A DNA stretch of 64,000 nt from Macrostomum lignano (lineage: Eukaryota). The notes under the pieces are model-generated. The model saw only the letters and a list, made by a program, of their open reading frames with translations. It did not search any database and was not told the origin of the DNA. Position 1 is the first letter of the stretch; the number at the start of each line of letters is the position of its first letter. The stretch is from NCBI GenBank assembly GCA_002269645.1, contig NIVC01000121.1, forward strand, positions 310,001-374,000. Direction: 5' to 3'. Below, piece after piece: positions 57,592 to 64,000 of this stretch. The position numbers and the translations under genes are program-made.

Positions 57592-58470
57592 CTGTAATTA
57601 CAGTTTTGGCGCATTCACTACCGTCTTAGCGCCTTTATTACAGTTTTTGCGTTTTCATTACAGTTTTAGCGCCTTTAATTACAATTTTGGTGCCTGTATA
57701 AATAAAGTTTTACCGCCTTTAGTACAGTTCCAGCGCCTTCATTACAGTTTTAGCGCCTTCATTACAGTTTTAGCGCCTTTATTACAGTTTTAGCGCCTTT
57801 ATTACAGTTTTAGCGCCTTTATTACAGTTTTAGCGCCTTTATTACAGTTTTAGCGCCTTTATTACAGTTTTAGCGCCTTTATTACAGTTCCAGCGCCTTC
57901 ATTACAGTTCCAGCGCCTTCATTACAGTTTTAGCGCCTTCATTACAGTTTTAGCGCCTTTATTACAGTTTTAGCGCCTTTATTACAGTTTTAGCGCCTTT
58001 ATTACAGTTTTAGCGCCTTTATTACAGTTTTAGCGCCTTTATTACAGTTTTAGCGCCTTTATTACAGTTCCAGCGCCTTCATTACAGTTTTAGCGCCTTT
58101 ATTACAGTTTTAGCGCCTTTATTACAGTTTTAGCGCCTTTATTACAGTTTTAGCGCCTTTATTACAGTTTTAGCGCCTTTTTTTACAGTTTTAGCACCTT
58201 TATTACAGTTTTAGCACCTTTATTACAGTTTTAGCACCTTTATTACAGTTTTAGCACCTTTATTACAGTTTTAGCGCCTTTATTACAGTTTTAGCGCCTT
58301 TATTACAGTTTTAGCGCCTTTATTACAGTTTTAGCGCCTTTATTACAGTTTTAGCACCTTTATTACAGTTTTAGCACCTTTATTACAGTTTTAGCACCTT
58401 TATTACAGTTTTAGCACCTTTATTACAGTTTTAGCACCTTTATTACAGTATTAGCGCTTTTATTACAGTT
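57592..58470. repeat. 20-bp minisatellite (ATTACAGTTTTAGCGCCTTT)n
   Basis: Degenerate start followed by about 37 homogeneous units. Confidence 0.95.
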
Positions 58471-59069
58471 TTAACGCCATCGCCATTGCCAATTTCGGCT
58501 ATATCTTAATACTAAAGATGAAAATCATATTGTAGGTATTTTTAATATCTAATTCTAAAATAGTTTCTACGAGCGTACAATACACTATTTCAGTTATCAG
58601 CAGTCCCAGTAGACCCTGATGCTTTTGGCAAACCGAAGCCTCTCTACTACTAAGTCAATTGCTAAGTTGATGCACCTGTGCCTTGTTTTTACAAGGTCGA
58701 CTATGCAAGATTGATAGATTAGGTGCAAATAGGAAGGCCAGACAAATATTGTACAGATTTAATAGCTAGCTAAAGCTGTTGTTAATCCAATAGGAGAAAT
58801 GAAAGTAAGAGGTGAGAGAATTAAATGAATGCCAAAAGCTGAAATGGCAGTGCAGATAAAGTTTTGTGCAACCCTCCAATGCTTGTTTTCCTTTGCATTC
58901 CCTTCCATTGCTAGAGGGAAGCTGTTTGGGAAATCAAAAGACTTGATGTAAAATGCTTTCAATATCTGCAAGCCTTAATTAAGAGGGGATGAAGAAAAGG
59001 CGGCTAAGTGAGGAACTGGGAGTTGGGAAGGGAGCAATGATTGGCAATTAGCGAGAGGGAATATGCGGA

Positions 59070-60135
59070 GCGGAGATGGGGAAGGTTAAAGGCGAGAGGA
59101 GAAAGACAAGGGCGAAAGAGACAAGGGCGAGAGGAGAAAGACAAGGGCGAAAGAGACAAGGGCGAAAGGAGAAAGACAAGGGCGAAAGAGACAAGGGCGA
59201 AAGGAGAAAGACAAGGGCGAAAGTGACAAGAGCGAGAGGTGAGAGACAAGAGCGAGAGGTGAGAGACAAGAGCGAGAGGTGAGAGACAAGAGCGAGAGGT
59301 GAGAGACAAGAGCGAGAGGTGAGAGACAAGAGCGAGAGGTGAGAGACAAGAGCGAGAGGTGAGAGACAAGAGCGAGAGGAGAGAGACAAGAGCGAGAGGA
59401 GAGAGACAAGGGCGAGAGGTGAGAGACAAAGGCGAGAGGTGAGAGACAAGGGCGAGAGATGAGAGACAAGAGCGAGAGGTGAGAGACAAGAGCGAGAGGA
59501 GAGAGACAAGGGCGAGAGAGGAGAGAAAAGGGCGAGAGGAGAGAGACAAGGGCGAGAGGACAGAGACAAGGGCGAGAGGACAGAGACAAGGGCGAGAGGA
59601 GAGAGACAAAGGCAAGAGGAGAGAAAAGGGCGAGAGGAGAGAGACTAGGGCGAGAGGACAGAGACAAGGGCGAAAGAGACAAGGGCGAGAGGAGAGAGAC
59701 AAGGGCGAGAGACAAGGGCGAGAGACAAGGGCGAGAGAGACAAGGGCGAGAGGAGAGACAAGGGCGAGAGGAGAGAGACAAGGGCGAGAGGACAGAGACA
59801 AGGGCGAGAGGAGAGAGACAAGGGCGAGAGGAGAGAGACAGGGCGAGAGGAGAGAGACAAGGGCGAGAGGAGAGAGACAAGGGCGAGAGGAGAGAGACAA
59901 GGGCGAGAGGAGAGAGACAAGGGCGAGAGGAGAGAGACAAAGGCAAGAGGAGAGAAAAGGGCGAGAGGAGAGGCATAAAGGCGAGAGACAAGGGCGAGAG
60001 ACAAGGGCGAGAGAGACAAGGGCGAGAGGAGAGACAAGGGCGAGAGGAGAGAGACAAGGGCGAGAGGAGAGAGACAAAGGCAAGAGGAGAGAAAAGGGCG
60101 AGAGGAGAGGCATAAAGGCGAGAGACAAGGGCGAA
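59070..60135. repeat. Purine-rich about 20-22-bp minisatellite (GAGAGACAAGGGCGAGAG)n
   Basis: Read directly. Confidence 0.9.
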
Positions 60136-60674
60136 AGGAACATGAAAGTGACGCAATCACCGAGATAACGAGAGTCAGTAACCGTATCAGGTACTAGAAA
60201 AGACAATAAAACGAAGGGTAGAAGCGGACAGCGATTAAAACAAAAAAATCCTTTTTTACTGCACCGACAGGCCGGGTCTATAATAAAACGTGGCCTGTTG
60301 GCAGTAATAGTACAATTTCAAGATCGATGGCAAGCATATGATTTATACACAAGTAGATAGTTACAGAGGAGACGCAACACATCAGATTAGAAATATGTCA
60401 ATGGTATGAGTGCTGGGCAGGCGCTGTTTGCTAGCAGCTGTTACAGGCTGACTGATGTCAACCACAGTTAGACATGCAGGATGCGGTACCTCCAGACCCC
60501 CAACTCGTTTTTTATAGAGACCATGAAAGCAGTGGTTTGGAATTGGGCTTTAAATTGTGCGAATCATGGATGCCTAAAACCTAGATGTCTGGATTGAAAG
60601 TTTCTTGAGGAGCGTTTGTTGAAAAGTGGAAGCAAGCAATCAAAAAGTACCGTCCGCTTGCTTTGAAAGCAGTA

Positions 60675-62450
60675 TGCTCTGAGCTGCTCTGAACTACTCT
60701 CTGAGCTACTCTGAGCTACTCTCTGAGCTACTCTCTGAGCTACTCTCTGAGCTACTCTCTGAGCTACTCTGAGCTACTCTCTGAGCTACTCTCTGAGCTA
60801 CTCTGAGCTACTCTCTGAGCTACTCTCTGAGCTACTCTGAGCTACTCTCTGAGCTACTATCTGAGCTACTCTGAGCTACTCTCTGAGCTACTCTGAGCTA
60901 CTCTCTGAGCTACTCTCTGAGCTACTCTGAGCTACTCTCTGAGCTACTCTGAGCTGCTCTGAGCTACTATGAGCTACTCTCTGAGCTACTCTGAGCTACT
61001 CTCTGAGCTACTCTCTGAGCTACTCTCTGAGCTACTCTCTGAGCTACTCTCTGAGCTACTCTCTCAGCTACTCTGAGCTACTCTCTGAGCTACTCTGAGC
61101 TACTCTCTGAGCTACTCTCTGAGCTACTCTCTGAGCTACTCTCTGAGCTACTCTCTGAGCTACTCTGATCTACTCTCTGAGCTACTCGCAGTTACTCTGA
61201 GCTACTCTGAGCTACTCTGGGCTACTCTGAGCTACTCTGAGCTACTCTGAGCTACTCTGAGCTACTCTGAACTACTCTGGGCTACTCTGAGATACTCTGA
61301 GCTATTCTGAACTGAATTGTAGAATAAAAACACACAAAAGTATTAGTTTTCCCAGATTCAATTGCTAGCAATCCTTGGCAAAGTCATCCCTTCTGATTGG
61401 AAGTTGAGGCGCCAGACTGAAAAAATCAGGGGCATGGGGAACGCAGCGAAGCCGGCTGGCCTTGCTGTCCTTCTTTTGCCTTTCCGAACTTGTTTAAATT
61501 AACATAGTATTTTCGATTTTTTATAGAGATCTCGTTTGGAATTCTCTGGCTTTGCGTGACGCGAATGCAGAATATATGCTGCAGAATTTACAGTTTCTTC
61601 ATGTGTCTTAAAGTTAGAGAAAAAATCATGTGGGATTTTCTAAGTTTGTATTTTAATACTGCCAGCTTCTTTGTATTCTAACAAGGAGCCCTGGCGGCCC
61701 TTGTTCTGGCGCCCCTGTTGCTGGCGCCTCTGTTGCTGGCGCCCCTGGTGCTGGCGCCCCTGGTGCTAAAGCCCCTGGTGCTGGCGCCCCTGGTGCTGGC
61801 GCCCCTGGTGCTGGCGCCCCTGGTGCTGGCGCCCCTGGTGCTGGCGCCCCTGGTGCTGGCGCCCCTGGTGCTGGCGCCCCTGGTGCTGGCGCCCCTGGTG
61901 CTGGCGCCCCTGGTGCTGGCGCCCCTGGTGCTGGCGCCCCTGGTGCTGGCGCCCCTGGTGCTGGCGCCCCTGGTGCTGGCGCCCCTGGTGCTGGCGCCCC
62001 TGGTGCTAAAGCCCCTGGTGCTAAAGCCCCTGGTGCTAAAGCCCCTGGTGCTAAAGCCCCTGGTGCTAAAGCCCCTGGTGCTAAAGCCCCTGGTGCTAAA
62101 GCCCCTGGTGCTAGCGCCCCTGGTGCTGGCGCCCCTGGTGCTAAAGCCCCTGGTGCTGGCGCCCCTGGTGCTGGCGCCTTTGGTGCTGGCGCCCCTGGTG
62201 CTGGCGCCCCTGGTGCTGGCGCCCCTGGTGCTGGCGCCCCTGGTGCTGGCGCCCCTGGTGCTGGCGCCCCTGGTGCTGGCGCCCCTGGTGCTGGCGCCCC
62301 TGGTGCTGGCGCCCCTGGTGCTGGCGCCCCTGGTGCTGGCGCCCCTGGTGCTGGCGCCCCTGGTGCTGGCGCCCCTGGTGCTGGCGCCCCTGGTGCTGGC
62401 GCCCCTGGTGCTGGCGCCCCTGGTGCTGGCGCCCCCTGGTGCTGGCGCCC
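60675..62450. repeat. Composite block, copy A: (CTGAGCTACTCT)n + about 380 bp unique + (CTGGCGCCCCTGGTG)n
   Basis: Arrays at 60675-61312 and 61690-62450. Confidence 0.92.
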
Positions 62451-62811
62451 TTTTTTTAATAAAAGATACCCCTTAGATGAAATAGCGCCCTCTCGAATGC
62501 AACGTGTAGAATTTCTCTAAAACTTTGGCGACAAAACCAGTCATACCGACAGATCATATGCAGTATGGTACTGATTTGCAAACCAGACCAATGGCTAAAA
62601 TCTTGACCGAATGCTTGACTTAGCAATAATCGCTACTTAAGGATCCCAGCTGTCGCGCTCCTCAAGAGGTGTCACTTTTATGAATCCTTTTTTTTGTTCT
62701 CAACCGACAGGCATTTGATAGGTTTTGGTTGACGTCTTTTGGATTTGACTGCAGCTTTGATTCCAGCAAAGCATGCGAAGTTCTTTGGAATTTCGTGCAG
62801 CTTAGGTTGAA

Positions 62812-64000
62812 TCTGAGCTACTCTGAGCTACTCTGAGCTACTCTCTGAGCTACTCTGAGCTACTCTCTGAGCTACTCTCTGAGCTACTCTCTGAGCTACT
62901 CTCTGAGCTACTCTCTGAGCTACTCTCTGAGCTACTCTCTGAGCTACTCTCTGAGCTACTCTCTGAGCTACTCTCTGAGCTACTCTCTGAGCTACTCTCT
63001 GAGCTACTCTCTGAGCTACTCTCTGAGCTACTCTCTGAGCTACTCTCTGAGCTACTCTCTGAGCTACTCTCTGAGCTACTCTCTGAGCTACTCTCTGAGC
63101 TACTCTCTGAGCTACTCTCTGAGCTACTCTCTGAGCTACTCTCTCAGCTACTCTGAGCTACTCTCTGAGCTACTCTGAGCTACTCTCTGAGCTACTCTCT
63201 GAGCTACTCTCTGAGCTACTCTCTGAGCTACTCTCTGAGCTACTCTGATCTACTCTCTGAGCTACTCGCAGTTACTCTGAGCTACTCTGAGCTACTCTGG
63301 GCTACTCTGAGCTACTCTGAGCTACTCTGAGCTACTCTGAGCTACTCTGAACTACTCTGGGCTACTCTGAGATACTCTGAGCTATTCTGAACTGAATTGT
63401 AGAATAAAAACACACAAAAGTATTAGTTTTCCCAGATTCAATTGCTAGCAATCCTTGGCAAAGTCATCCCTTCTGATTGGAAGTTGAGGCGCCAGACTGA
63501 AAAAATCAGGGGCATGGGGAACGCAGCGAAGCCGGCTGGCCTTGCTGTCCTTCTTTTGCCTTTCCGAACTTGTTTAAATTAACATAGTATTTTCGATTTT
63601 TTATAGAGATCTCGTTTGGAATTCTCTGGCTTTGCGTGACGCGAATGCAGAATATATGCTGCAGAATTTACAGTTTCTTCATGTGTCTTAAAGTTAGAGA
63701 AAAAATCATGTGGGATTTTCTAAGTTTGTATTTTAATACTGCCAGCTTCTTTGTATTCTAACAAGGAGCCCTGGCGGCCCTTGTTCTGGCGCCCCTGTTG
63801 CTGGCGCCTCTGTTGCTGGCGCCCCTGGTGCTGGCGCCCCTGGTGCTAAAGCCCCTGGTGCTGGCGCCCCTGGTGCTGGCGCCCCTGGTGCTGGCGCCCC
63901 TGGTGCTGGCGCCCCTGGTGCTGGCGCCCCTGGTGCTGGCGCCCCTGGTGCTGGCGCCCCTGGTGCTGGCGCCCCTGGTGCTGGCGCCCCTGGTGCTGGC
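62812..64000. repeat. Composite block, copy B (tandem duplicate, offset 2080 bp), running off the window
   Basis: Unique spacer 63391-63770 reads identical to 61311-61690. Confidence 0.92.

Overview
Eukaryotic (metazoan) genomic DNA with GC-rich exons and introns/flanks packed with minisatellites. This style resembles a free-living flatworm such as Macrostomum, which is inference only. Five spliced genes could be rebuilt by hand with open frames across all junctions: Bicaudal-C (-, 2 exons, 783 aa), a divergent AGO-clade Argonaute with an RG plus Gln-rich N-terminus and an intact DEDH tetrad (-, 6 exons, 1095 aa), ERK/MAPK1 (-, 6 exons, 360 aa), the mitochondrial phosphate carrier SLC25A3 (+, 3 exons, about 346 aa) and a CYP2-clan P450 (+, 4 exons, 514 aa, one GC-AG intron). 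Mobile DNA: three copies of a tRNA-headed CORE-type SINE, a hAT/Charlie-like MITE with an 8-bp TSD, a 2.2-kb TIR element in an Argonaute intron, and a 5'-truncated RNase H-bearing LINE with a 10-bp TSD. The most striking unexplained structure is the behaviour of the roughly 30 minisatellite arrays. Unrelated arrays share two core motifs (TTTTRGCGCC/GGCGCC and CTAGCACYC), several grow out of one arm of a perfect palindrome, and three times the same unit occurs as an inverted pair around a short spacer (two of these spacers are coding exons). One array has demonstrably been inserted into a LINE reading frame as an inverted copy of its neighbour. Together this suggests an active local inverted-copy mechanism of minisatellite spread. 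Most long ORFs in the supplied track are repeat artefacts.
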